A stretch of DNA of 63,799 nt, filler included, from Reticulomyxa filosa (taxonomy: Eukaryota > Protista > Foraminifera), in the NCBI GenBank assembly GCA_000512085.1. It is 14 parts of 14 records of this genome, joined end to end, with 100 filler letters (N's around TTAATTAATTAA, not from the genome) between each part and the next. Parts side by side here need not be neighbours in the genome. Positions count along the whole stretch, not along the records: positions 3,180 to 18,193 come from ASPP01007142.1; positions 18,294 to 22,144 come from ASPP01000211.1; positions 22,245 to 24,450 come from ASPP01044933.1; 11 more parts are not named here. One strand, given 5' to 3'. The first letter of the stretch is position 1. Every line of letters begins with the position of its first letter. Made by a program: the position numbers and the translations under genes. Under the pieces are notes generated by a model. The model was not told the DNA's origin and searched no databases. It saw only the letters and a list, made by a program, of their open reading frames with translations. This document shows, piece after piece, positions 12,109-24,550 of the stretch.

Positions 12109-12884
12109 ATGTATAAGCACCATATTATTTCTCAAATGCGCTGTTATTCATTATCAAGAACATTACAAACAAGATCAACCCTAATACACCCGCTATTAAG
12201 AACATTCAGTTCACAGACAAAGCAAAAAAGTCACTTACCAGGGCGTCCAAGCTTTATGGATCAAGCAACTGCACACAACGAAATGTAATTTTCTATACGA
12301 TACAATTATTTATCACTTAAATCCCATTTTCAAACCTTTTTGCGTGGAGAACAATATCGGCAAAAAATGTCACCTTGGCGGGAGAAAATATAATCAAACA
12401 AATCTAAATCAAAACAAATAAAAATAACAGCGAAATTTATGGACTTGAAGAAGCGGAACCAAAATATGTGAAAAGTGAGAATGTAATATTGAACCACGGA
12501 TGGAGGCAAAAGATGCAAAATAAAAGTAAGGAAATGAACGAAAACAAAGAAACAAAAGAAGAAGAACGAGGACAAGGGAAAGACAACCCAGCCAGGCATG
12601 TATTAAATACGTCAGCAGTCGCACAAGACGTAATAGTGGAAGTGGAACCTAAAACCACTATCGAAAATATTTATGTCATTACGTTAATTGCCATTAGTTA
12701 TTGGCTTGGTCGAGTGTTTGTACGCTATTGCTATTCATTTTCAAGTGATTATGTTCCACCATCTCAACGTGAAGACATTGCTCATATCGCCAAACTGTTG
12801 CGACTACAACAGCAACAACAATTGGCTGTGGCACAATCTGGTGCTTCAGCACCTATTGATTGGTTGGACGACTCTGATTCTTAA
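12109..12884 (+). CDS. Orphan single-pass membrane protein with predicted mitochondrial presequence, 2 exons (12109-12284, 12431-12884)
   Basis: Exon 1 MYKHHIISQMRCYSLSRTLQTRSTLIHPLLRTFSS is Arg/Ser/Thr-rich with no acidic residues and an RTFSS cleavage-like site. A phase-2 GT-AG intron joins it to ORF 12468-12884, which has one TM (IYVITLIAISYWLGRVFV). Confidence 0.6.
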
Positions 12885-14985
12885 GAGAGAATATTTGTGA
12901 TTGAGTCTCTTTTTTTTGTGGAATAAAAAGAACACTCTTGCACAATCGATTCGACTCCTTTTGTCATGTTTGACTCTTTTTTTTTTGCATTCTTTTCACA
13001 AGCAATGAAATTAAAATTTGTTGAAAAAGTTTCCCCTACTTGCACACTTGCTTCAAGCAATAAAAAAAATTGCAGCTTTTTGATATTGGTTATTATATTT
13101 TACAATTTTAAATTGTTTGTGCGTAATATCAGCAAAGAAAGAATCTTATTCAATTGTACTTTTTTCAATTCCTGTCTTTTTTGAAGACGTTGATTAATTT
13201 TCAAAATAAAAACATTTAGATAAACACTTCATAAACAGCAAATAAATGATTCATTAACAATCACAACTGATAAAATATTGGAAAGAGATTAAAAAGACAG
13301 CAGTTAAATTTTTTTTTAGTTTTACTGTCCATTAAATTATTGTATGTTTTTCTGTTATAATAATGCTATAAGAAATAGTAAATGAAAAAATTATTTATGC
13401 AAAAAAAGTTGTCATTTAGTTAATGAAACCCAATGTTTGATTATACAATTTATTTATTGGCAATGTATCTTCGAAAGTGACACCTGCACAATCAATGAAA
13501 AGATTATATCTGGAAGTGATATGTTTACAAAATGATAGATTAGTGACCATTATGTTTAATGATATTTATATAATATGTTTATCTTCTAAGATAAAAAGAA
13601 TAACCAAACATCAAATTAATATCGTATTCACAAATAACAAACTTATCATATACATAAGAAGAAAGGAAATGATAATAAGTTTGGAAAATCTATTTAAAAT
13701 ACAAAACTTATTTGATATAAAATAAATAATTTAATAAATCTTTTTTTAATGTTTGTGAAAAGTTGGCTTATCGTCTTTTAATTTAAATACACAGCATTCT
13801 AAATATGCTTTGTACTTTTCTCATTATCTTTTTTCAATTCACAAACGTACTTTTTTTAACAAAGTTTATTTTCTTTGGGTCTAATTACAAAAGAACCATT
13901 TCTCTTAGCTTTTTATTGCAAAGGCTATTCTTTTTTGATGAAATCAATCTGTATTACAAAACAAAGTCGGTGCTAGCTCCACAACTTATTTCACAAAAAA
14001 TTTAATGTAAATAATACTTCGTGTTGGTTTAATTCTCAAAACAAAATAAATGCGATATTGCGTCTCCAAAAAAAAACAACGTGTGCATCAAACTATTTTT
14101 TGCCGAATTTTTGCTGCTATCAATTTTAGATAAATTTCGTATTAAAAAATGTTATAACAAGTTTAAAACCTTAATTTTACACGGAAAAAATACAATGTAA
14201 AAATTGCTGCGCGAAAAACAACAATTGCGCTGCTAAGTATTCAACCGCACAATGATATCCAAAACCTATTTTTTATATAAAATTTGTAATTTAAAAGGTT
14301 AACAATTGGTTGATGATGTAATTGCAACATTTTTTATTTTCCACCATCTAAATCAATGGAAAAAAATTTATCCTACTGATTTTTGCAATTTTTATCTTCC
14401 GTTAGTTCACCATGAGAAACCTTTCATTAGAACTGGAAAGGTACTCCAACATAACGGACACGAATAGAGAAAAATTTTTACACAACTTCAACTGTTGGCA
14501 ATATCTTTCGAATTCCCGCAAATGCGGCAAAACATTAAACTTTTTCGCTTTTGTCATGCGAAGGTCATTTATTAAACTTTAATGAAGCGACCTGAATTAA
14601 AACTAAAAGTAACAAACAAAACTGAATATTTTTACGGAAAGGAAGTTTTAAAAAAAGTTGAAGTTTTACTTTTTTAAATCTTTGTTTCGGTGCAAAATCT
14701 TTTATTGATTTAATAGTTTAATTTTTCTTTGAAAGGCATAAAACTGGAGCAATGACCTTGTAACAATACCCCGGTTTATGTTCTCAAACTTTTTGTAGAA
14801 AAGAGTCACTCAGATAAGACCAGTGACAAAATAGGAGTATTGTGCGAGAATATAGCTCTCTTTTGTTTTGCTACAGTATTGAGAAAAAATGCAATTTGGA
14901 CAATATCACGCAAAAAACAGTAACAACAAACTGTACAAAAACATTTTCCAAAGTTTCAAATTAAGGCATTATAATGCTTTGTGTG

Positions 14986-16086
14986 TTAGTTTTTCCAATC
15001 GATATTCTGTGGCAAAATTTTGGAATTTCTTCTTTTGGCTATTACGTTGGCGTATGAATATTGGCTCCCAACGATAGCACGCCAACACAAAACAAGTTTG
15101 TCTCCAATACCGCAGCACCAGTTGCACTTGATTGGAGAAAATCGGTTGCTGGCTCGAGTAAGATATTCCCAAATTTGCCACCATTGAAACAGCAATGGTA
15201 TCGCGATCATAAACATCATTTCGATGAGCAACGAAAGCGAAGACAAGCGAAAAGAATGAATACGAGCAAATAGGACCCATAACACTAGTATGATGACATA
15301 TTTGTTGATTATGTACATGACACGCCAAAAAGGAGGTGCAAAAGATCGGTCGAATCCATGAATGCCTAAAGCAAAAAAAAAAAAAAACAAACTATAAAAT
15401 AAATGTGTATACAAATAAGTGTAGGTATACTTATTGTATGTAATATATGTATGCAATGCATATTCACAAATGCCCTTGTAACAACATGACAGACATACCT
15501 GCAGAAATGGAGGCATCATCACCATAAATGTGATCTTTTGCTAATTCCAGGTATTGAATCTCGAGTACAAGACTAATCAACCAATAAAAACCCAATAATA
15601 TATGCCAAAAATATCTATCAAATCTCCAAATGTTTTGATCTTGTCCGCGAATCAACGTTGTCACAATCATAAGCACCACATTAACTAAAGGCACTAGTGA
15701 TCCGACTCCAGCGATTAGCCATCCCTTGGGTTTTTTTTTTTGCCAAAACTTTTCTGCAAAAATTTAGCAGACGCAAATGTGGTTATAACCCAATCATTGA
15801 TTAGAAATACTGTAAGTGCTACACAGAATCCACACAGAAATATTGTATTCACTGATTTGGACGGCTTGTCATACCATCCACAAATAAAACCTGTCCAAAT
15901 TAGACATAGGCGTAACAATGTCGATAACAGGTAACGAAGATGTGAAGAACTCCATATATAGCCTTCGTGCTGCCATTTTGGTCTTTCTTTATCTTCGTCT
16001 CTTCCATTTATATAATCTGCTATTACCAATACCATTACTAAGACAGTTGCCTGGATTGGCAGAATTAAGTACACTTCTGGCAGCAT
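14986..16086 (-). CDS. Multi-pass (about 7 TM) membrane protein, one intron, apparent homopolymer frameshift at 15731-15741
   Basis: ORFs 15715-16110, 15464-15694 and 14986-15525 join via a poly-A slip (KKKPKGWLIAGVGSLVPL) and an intron (~15499-15368). Seven hydrophobic stretches counted by eye. Confidence 0.6.
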
Positions 16087-17063
16087 TGTCTGAATAAAGA
16101 TTTTTTTCAAGCAGAAACAACTCTACTTTGTCAGATCAACAAACGAAAGCTATTTCGTTTCATTACACTCAATGCATTAATTAATTTACTTGTTATAGAT
16201 GAAATACAACTCGTTAGTATTTTAGAATTCTTTTTTATTTTTAATTTTCTTTTTGCCTGCCACTTCAAATTTAAATTGAGTGACTTAACAATCAATACCA
16301 AAGTAATAAATTCAGCCGTTTGTTGCGTGCCAGTTAGCAATAGGCTCATATTAAAAAGTATGTTAGAAGTCGATTGCTTACTGAAACAATTAGCTAGCAG
16401 AAATGAGTTTAAACATATTTGTTCCCTCTCCAACAATATCTGCATATTTGAATTTTTTCGTAATTAAAAAATAGCACCATTTATTACTTTCAATTATTTA
16501 TTTTTCGCTTGAGAAATACGACGGAAGGTTGGAAGCGATTTTGAGAAACAAAAGACCCAAAAAAAACAAACAAAAACACTGATTTTGTCAAACCAAGTAA
16601 AATTTTGGCTGAAGACGCTGACTCGATGAACACTGAATGTCTTCTAATGCGTACATTAAACAAACAAATAAGAAAGGAGAAGGAAAAAACTTGGAAAGAA
16701 AACAAAATGAAGACAATTTTTCTAAACTAACAGAAACAAACACGAAAGAGACGGAATAAGTTGGCAAATGGATACCAACCTCGTAATTCGTGCCTTCAAT
16801 AACCAAAAAAGCACACATACAAACCAACATCCACAATTTTCTGTTTTTTTTTTTTTTTTTTTTTTTTTGTAACTGTTTATGATATAGTCCAATCTTAAGT
16901 CATCATCGCGCCTCCACCCCTTTTGCTTCTTCTTTTTGTTTTGAAAACAACTATAAAGGGGAAAAAAAGCTTGAAGAAGAGAAGAGGGAAAAAAAAAAAA
17001 AAATCAAAACAAAAAAGAAGGAACAAATAAAAATAAAAATAAAATATAAAAAACAATGGGCAA

Positions 17064-18062
17064 TTAAAAAAGTGAAAATCTCCGATTGTATTTGGCATTG
17101 TTGGAGTTAAAAGGATGGGATATCAGAGTCGACGAGGAATTAGTTTTTCCATTTGTCGTTTTGGCGCTTTGAAGATTTCTATTGGCTTTGCGTTGCGAGC
17201 ATTGTTCGATGAAATATCGTTGATAATACTTGGATTCACTAAATCGAGTTAACAAATTGCCATTTATCAATGACGACACTTCTCGTTCCGCCGAGTTCAA
17301 GCACAAGTCCAACGATAAAACGTCTTTCTCTGCAGATCAAACCGTTACATATTTTTTGAATTTGTATTTCACAAATATATATATATATACATATATACAT
17401 ATATATGTACATATGTAATGATTTGAAATAAGAATAAACAAGTTAATGAATACAGTGAAACTGTTATCAAAACGCTTGATTAAATTCTGTTTTTGATGAC
17501 GTTTGCCATTGGACTCGGGAATGACAGCATTAGCATTGCCTTGTTGTTGTTGTTGTTGTTGTTGTGGTGGTGGAGGTGACATTGGAGAATTGTGAATGGA
17601 AGAGGAATTGTCATTGCCGTTTTGAACATGAACCGGCGACGAAGATGATGCCGGCAAGGATGACTTAGAACTTGTACTATTCGTGTGAGACGTGTGATGT
17701 GTGTGATCTGCTATAACGGGCATGGGCTCAGGGATGATCGTCAAGATCTCATCCAAAATGAAATTTCCTCGTTTTGAAGAAGATGTCGCTTGTTTGTTTG
17801 TTGCATCTTCTTCATTCGGTACCCCCTCGGCAGAGTTGGTACTGTCTCCAATGCGATTGGACACTATGGGCTGAGGGCTATCATTTTGAGGTCTACAGTT
17901 TTTTACCAAATGCGGGAACAAACAATGTTGAATCGCTTGATAGTTACCATGGCTAATATTCACCTGCTGCGGTGCATTGGAGGCCAAAAAGCGATACCAA
18001 AGCATTTGGATATGGCTATTGATTTCTTCAAACGTACCTTTTTTTTTTAGTTCGCGGCATTC
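17064..18062 (-). CDS. RGS (regulator of G-protein signalling) domain protein, 3' exons; 5' end cut by contig boundary
   Basis: IQMLWYRFLASNAPQQVNISH and LNSAEREVSSLINGNLLTRFSESKYYQRY match RGS helices (F...AP.EVNI; A..EV..L...RF..S..Y). They are split by a long low-complexity insert and an intron. Confidence 0.8.
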
Positions 18063-18366
18063 TTTCATATATATATTGAATGAGCATGAACAATAATAAC
18101 AACCAAAAATTATATTGTTGGATTGTTTGTTTGAAATGTATACGTATACACGTATATATGTAATACACATAAATATTTGTGTTACAATAATTTNNNNNNN
18201 NNNNNNNNNNNNNNNNNNNNNNNNNNNNNNNNNNNNNTTAATTAATTAANNNNNNNNNNNNNNNNNNNNNNNNNNNNNNNNNNNNNNNNNNNNTTGGAGA
18301 AAAATTTATTTCATTTAATTTAATCAAAAAATCAAATCAGCGAAAAATTTTTTACTGAAAGACAGT

Positions 18367-18750
18367 CTATCCCCAAATACGAATAGGGCCATTATTTGAA
18401 CCATAGCACAAACTAATACCACAACTATCATTATTTCTTTTGAGTAATTTAGGTGCAAAAAAATATTTCAAGCATGAAGACAGTAGCTGCTGTATGGAAT
18501 AGTGACATAAATAATAACAAGTAACTGAATGAACAAAAACAAAAGAACTAACATAATTGATAATAAGTTTGTCAAAATTATACATCCATTCTAATTAAAT
18601 TTTTAAGTTCCAAATACAATTTTCAACGATAATTTGAATCTCTTCTTCTGGCTGATTCAATCATGAACCACACAATAAATGTTAAACACAATTAACAAGA
18701 TTTATAAAAAATTGAAATACCCATTGCGTTAAAATCTCAAAGGTAGTCAT
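18367..18750 (-). pseudogene. Internally deleted WD40-family gene keeping its 5' exons/introns and 3' terminus
   Basis: MTTFEILTQW|PEEEIQIIVENCIWNLKI*LEWMYNFDKLIINY|AATVFMLEIFFAPKLLK is joined directly to NNDSCGISLCYGSNNGPIRIWG*. The same termini occur in the intact gene at 54967-56028, but all WD repeats are missing. Confidence 0.8.
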
Positions 18751-19150
18751 TCTTTCAACACCTCTTAATTTTTGGCGATTAAAATTTTATTAGACACAGA
18801 ATAAAACTTTTTTCTCAATAAAAAAATTACCAAAAAACTTTAACATAAGAAACATTTAAAAAATTGCTTCACGACTATTTTGTCAAATGAATACTGCCAA
18901 CACTTTAAATTAAACACTCATTAACTTCTTTAATTGATGTCGCTTTCATGTTTATTCTTTTTAAAACAAAAAAAAACAATATTTAAACAATCTTTCCAAA
19001 AAAAAAAGTACAATATGTAATAAACTAAAAAAAACATGCTAAGCATTATCACAACATAACTTCAAAAATCAAACAACATAACACACGAACATATTTTTGT
19101 CAAACTATATAAATCTCGTAACGAAAAAAAACGACCTTAAAGTGCATATA

Positions 19151-19268
19151 AAAAATTAAGTTTGAAATGACTCCCTTGGGAAAAACAGAAAATAAAAAAA
19201 TATTTGCCAGCACAACATTTTTTTTTTATTTTGTTTTTGTCAAGGGAGTCATTTCAAACTTAATTTTT
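19151..19268. repeat. Inverted repeat / hairpin with a 28-bp perfect stem
   Basis: AAAAATTAAGTTTGAAATGACTCCCTTG (19151-19178) is the exact reverse complement of CAAGGGAGTCATTTCAAACTTAATTTTT (19241-19268). Imperfect pairing extends inward and outward. Confidence 0.85.
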
Positions 19269-19769
19269 GTTTTACACAAAAATAAGGTTTCGTATGGCAA
19301 AAAAACTCAGATTGAAAAATCCATGTTTGACAAAAACCGACAAATACTTTTTTCTGCAGAAAAATCCATAAAATTTAAAAAAACCGTTCGAATTATCGTT
19401 TAATTTCATACAAAAAAATTTGACAGCGCCCTTTTGGTATTTGTTTACTGAATGATTTTGTTTATATTGAGTTGTTTTTAGCACAATATTTTTTTGACAG
19501 ATTAATTTTTTTTTAATTTAATTAAATATTTTTTTCAAAGCATTAAATTATATTTTACTTTTTTTTTGTTTAACATTTTGCTTTTGGTTTTTTATGTATA
19601 TTTGCATTTACACATGTTTTGTGCTTATGGATTTATTGTTAAAATTTAGCTGCGCGGAAAAGTGATTTAAAAATTTGTACTTGAGTTGTTATGTTGAAGA
19701 TTTTTTTTTTACATTTCGTGCCAGTTGATCATAATCGAATATAATAGTTGATGTTTTATATAACTGGTT

Positions 19770-20144
19770 TGCTCATTGAAATTTTGATTGGCGGAAGTTT
19801 TTTCAATTATTTTTTCTATCATAAATTTGCTTGCCTTAAATTTGTTTTCTATGCTAAAATGAATGAGTAGTAAGTTCGAAAAAGAATACAAAGAAATTTT
19901 AGTAATCGAGAATTTAATCTTTCACTGCTCTTATTCACAAGTGTTTACGCCTTGAAAAAATTACTGTAATAATATAACACTTGTTATTCCGAATGTATCA
20001 TGTGGATATATGGCGTTCTTGCATTACCTGAAAAAGACGTGTGAACTGCAAAAAGCCGATTTGCTGGGAAAAAGTATCAAAATTCTCAAATGGGTAAGAA
20101 AATGCGTCGAAAAAAGAAAAGCGAACGTTACACAGATAAAATAA
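19770..20144 (+). pseudogene. Degenerate hydrophobic-protein reading frame convergent with a WD40 gene
   Basis: ...LLALNLFSMLK*MSSKFEKEYKEILVIENLIFHCSYSQVFTP*KNYCNNITLVIPNVSCGYMAFLHYLKKTCELQKADLLGKSIKILKWVRKCVEKRKANVTQIK*. A homologous 3' part lies on the - strand at ~56375-56523. Confidence 0.5.
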
Positions 20145-20601
20145 ATTACAACAATACAATCTCATTCTTTTTAAAGTACTTATTTTGTTGTATGAATTTC
20201 AAATTTATTAACACTTTTTTCATTTATCCAATTTTGACAAACTTTTTTAATTCTATCATTATACTCTTTGAAAAGACTCAACATTTCAAGTTTTTAAATA
20301 ATATTTCGTATTCTTTGAAATAGAAAAAATTTATATCATGAATTACTACAAAGACATTTGTGTTCGATTCTATACAAAAAACACAGCACTTGAAATATCA
20401 TGCAATTTATTTTTTAATATTTCATTGTTATGCTTTTAAATTCTATGAAAAATATTGAACGCAGCTTTTTCAATTTTTTAAACAACAAAGCAAAATATAA
20501 CACATCTTTCAATGCTTGCATTCAATCAAATCAAATAAGTTTAATATCATCTTACTTTTCTTTTAATCAAACCTTTCGTTTCTTATTTGGCAAAAAGTAA
20601 A

Positions 20602-21558
20602 TTATCCCCAAATACGAATGAGACCTTCGCATGAACCATAACACAAATTCTAATCATATGTAACATTCTTTGCCTTGTCTTTCTTTTTCAATCCAATAAA
20701 TTTAAGACACATTATTCCAAAATCTTCCTTATCATCTCCTTTGATCATATACAATTCATTCTTATTTGATCGATATCCCAAAAACGAATTGTATTACCGT
20801 CTGATCCAGAACATATCACATTTGAATTACAAATACTATTTTTATACAAATGGTGAATATTCAACAGCATGCACATAACTTGTATGTCCATTGAACACTT
20901 GAATCTGTTCACCAGATCGAATATCCCACAAACGAACACTTTCATCATCTAATCCAGATAATATTGTATTCAATAATTCATTTGATCCATATTTTACACT
21001 TATCACATAATCTGTATGTCCTTTGAATACATTCAATTGTTTGGTTGTTTCAATATCCCATATTCAAATGGTTTTATCCAGTGACCCAGAACAAATTTTA
21101 TATCCATTTCCACCAATCGCCAATATTATTTACTTTATTATTATTATTATTATTGCTTTGTAATGGTGAAATATCAACACACCAGGCAGTATCTTTATGC
21201 CCATTGAAAATATGTAATGATTTCGATGTTTCAACATCCCATAAACGAATTGTTTTGTCATATGATCCCGAACACAAATATCTACCATCATTAAATGGTG
21301 AAAATTCAATGCCATAAATACAACCAGTGTGCCCATTGAATATTTGTAATTGCTTATTATATTTGAAATCTCAAAAACGAATAGTATGTCCAGTGAATGT
21401 ATTGATTAATTTGGATGATGAACGAAATGTGTCAAACATGAAGATAGGGGTATCTATATTAAATAAATATTTAAATATTTTGATTTGCATTTAAGAAAAG
21501 AAAGAACAAATGAACTGACATAATTGACGACAAATTTGTCAAAATTTTTGATCATCCA
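20602..21558 (-). pseudogene. WD40-repeat family pseudogene (frameshifts, stop, deletion of first repeats)
   Basis: Fragments GHTDYVISVKYGSNELLNTILSGLDDESVRLWDIRSGEQIQVFNGH, ICSGSDGNTIRFWDI and LCYGSCEGLIRIWG* are spread over several frames; TIRF*DFK. Colinear with 54967-56028. Confidence 0.9.
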
Positions 21559-21561
21559 ATG

Positions 21562-21980
21562 ATGGATCAATTTTGTAAATTCAATCCAAAAGGAAAGCAA
21601 TTTGTGTAATTTTATTTGAATATTCAATAAATATATTATGGATGAAACGAATCCAGTAAGTCGTGCTAATGTCATATCGATATTGAAAAAATCAAAAAAC
21701 TAAGAATTAGAAGAAGATACAACATTATTAACTTTCACAAATGTTCTTAAGCAATGATATGAAGATTTTTGATGAAAACAACTTAACTAAGTAAAATTTA
21801 AAAATAATAGAAAAGTAATTACAGTAGGTTGCAAAGAAAACTGAACGCCTAATACGATATCCTAAGGTCTAAATGTTGATTTTTCATGGAGAAAATCAAT
21901 TATCAACAATAAATCTGCAAATCATTATTCATCTAATCAAAACAAGATTTTAATAAATCAATTTCAAAATTATTATTATT
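21562..21980 (+). pseudogene. Remnant of the NACHT-family gene N-terminal region (homologous to ~62260-62445)
   Basis: gatcaattttgtaaattcaatcc...gaattagaagaagatacaaca aligns by eye with gatcaactttgtaaattcaatcc...gaattagaagaagatataaca at 62265-62437. Confidence 0.55.
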
Positions 21981-22090
21981 TATTGAAAATAAAAACATTC
22001 CCAAGTAAATTGTCAATTTTTCATATCCAAATATTCGTTCTAAAAAAAGGGAGTTGTCAAAACTCTTCAAAAAAAAAAAGCACATCGGAC

Positions 22091-22144
22091 ATGTCTACTC
22101 AACTCAACATCTTTCAAACTTTGCCTGACTTACCCAAGCCCTTC
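22091..22144 (+). CDS. Start of a Kelch-repeat family gene, truncated by contig end
   Basis: MSTQLNIFQTLPDLPKPF resembles the N-terminus MGNQTTTPFQLLKTLPTPL of the Kelch gene at 48438. Confidence 0.5.
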
Positions 22145-22244
22145 NNNNNNNNNNNNNNNNNNNNNNNNNNNNNNNNNNNNNNNNNNNNTTAATTAATTAA
22201 NNNNNNNNNNNNNNNNNNNNNNNNNNNNNNNNNNNNNNNNNNNN

Positions 22245-23090
22245 TCACGTGGATATTTATTGTTGATAATATTTAATACTCTTTGTTGAATTTACAAGAA
22301 ATGATTGGTTGTCCACATTTTAATCTTCCCACGCAATTTGAGATAATAATCCATTTCCATTTCAAAGATCTTAAATATTTTGTTATCATTTAATTTATTA
22401 TTTAATCCATTTGATTTCATCCAATTCCATTTCATATAACTTTTCAACAATGTCTCATACAATTTTGAAAAAGTCATTTCTTCCCATTTTTCATTATTTG
22501 ATTTATCTTGTCTTGATTAATAATGAAATAATCTCAAATACAATGGTATATGACCCAATAATTTTACACTTCGATTATTGTTCAATTTCTTCATCAATAC
22601 ACTTGCTTCATTGCTATTTTTAAAATAAGCATTGACATAATTTTGAATATCTTGTGATTGGAATCCAATGACATTCAACATTCTTGGATTGTTTAGATAT
22701 TCACACATTGCATTGAGTCGGCTTGTCATGATTATGGAATAATTTTGATTTGAAGTACAATGTTGCACGTCACTATTGTCATTAATGTGATGAAAAACAT
22801 TGATAATTTTTCGCAAAGGGATGTGCAATAGATATTGAAATTGATGATTCCACATTTGACCATTGCCCTACAAATATGCAATTCTTTGAGACAACTCCCT
22901 GCTTCTCCTTGAATATTAATGTGGCGTATTTCTAATTTTTTTCTTGATTACTCCAAATATCTTGTAATTTGATATTTTCAGTTTGATTTTCATAGATCAA
23001 TGAATAATCTAATGAATTTGGCGATTCTCCATTTTCTTCTTTATAATCTTTATTTCTTTTTTTCTATATGCTATGCCAATATCACATTGA
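22245..23090 (-). pseudogene. NACHT (STAND NTPase) domain pseudogene
   Basis: Degenerate Walker A (LIFKGEAGSC-LKRIAY) followed by MWNHQFQYLLHIPLRKI, sensor IIMTSR, LNVIGF..QDIQNYV..YF and GHIPLYLRL. The Walker B segment appears deleted; frameshifts present. Confidence 0.75.
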
Positions 23091-23719
23091 TTAATACAAA
23101 ACAAAATAGCTGAAGAAATGCATAAATCTTATTTCTTTTCCAGCACAAGATTATTGCTGACATACGTAGAACAATATACAAATATGGGCACAGATGACGA
23201 TGCAAAACATGTTCATTGCTATGATCCTATCGACGCATATTTCATCCTCAAGTCGACTCTGAAACGGAATAACCAAATGACAAATAAAGAGCGTGAAAAA
23301 TTGATTAAACTTTAGGATATGAGGATTAAATTACATGAAATGAGGACGGGAACATATCTCCAAAAGGATAATCCGATATTTTAGTGTGGAAGAATAATTT
23401 GCTGCACTTGTTTCAATATGTGAGTTGCAATTGCAAGAATATAAAGATTAACGAAGTGATTGATTTAAGGATCAAAATATTTTCTTATGGATTACCCCCT
23501 AATGAAGTAATAGACTGCATGACGCTAAAAGAGCCGAAACAATTTATAAATTAAAGAACAATAACACACAATAGAACGACAATATATATCAGATTGTGTA
23601 TTGATTTGATGATGTTGCACGTTCGTTTTTTCAATAAAGACAAATTGATATAAAGACAGTAATTTATAATACAAAGCAATGAAAAAAAAAGGAACATCGA
23701 AAGCAAAAGGATAGTATAC

Positions 23720-24441
23720 GTTTATAAACGATGAAGTGTGCGTTGCGATGTGCGAGCTTCACTATTTCATTGTGCACGAACTGTGTAATCGCTGTGGCGT
23801 CATCCAACTGCTGCGAGTTCAATTGCTCCAATTCTTCTTTCGTTTTCTCTTCGTGTCTTCCAACTTATTTAATACATTATCCAATATTGCTCCTTTCAGC
23901 TCTTTTCCACGTCGTCTTTTTTTCTTGCAACTCTTCATGCAGCTTTTTATACTCGCGGGATGACACTTGCGATTGCCTGTTCAAGGACCTCCTTTTCGAC
24001 CATCTCTTGTTTTTATTTCTCCAATGTAAGCAGCTCTGCTTCATATGTAAGCTTCTCCACTTCGTACGACTCGTTCAATAAAGTATTGTCTTTGGTCAGA
24101 AGCTTCAAGCCGTGCTCCTTCATGTGCACTATTCGATTTCAATTCCTCGTTTTTCATTTTCATCTCTCGTTCTCCTTGGCTAGGTTCTTTATCACCTCCG
24201 TTGCTTGGTTCCTTTGGTCCAAACGCTTCAGGTTGCGCTCCGCCGTCAAGCCCGCCAATGTCTTCACCAACTTGTTCCTCTGCTTGTCTGTCAATGATGA
24301 CACGTACTTTGACAACAAAGCTGTGCTTTCTTTACTCACCGAACCTCGATGTCGCGTTCCTTGGCCTGACATTGCGATTTTGCTCGAATCATAGGACATT
24401 CGGCGATGTTGCTTTGGTACATTATCTTTTATCTCGTCCAT
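23720..24441 (-). pseudogene. Coiled-coil protein remnant with multiple stops/frameshifts
   Basis: ORF 24160-24441 continues as Glu/Lys/Leu-rich heptad-like sequence (EVEKLTYEAELLTLEK*KQEMVEKEVLEQ...KTKEELEQLNSQQLDD) broken by stops. Confidence 0.45.
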
Positions 24442-24550
24442 GCTATATTANNNNNNNNNNNNNNNNNNNNNNNNNNNNNNNNNNNNNNNNNNNNTTAATT
24501 AATTAANNNNNNNNNNNNNNNNNNNNNNNNNNNNNNNNNNNNNNNNNNNN

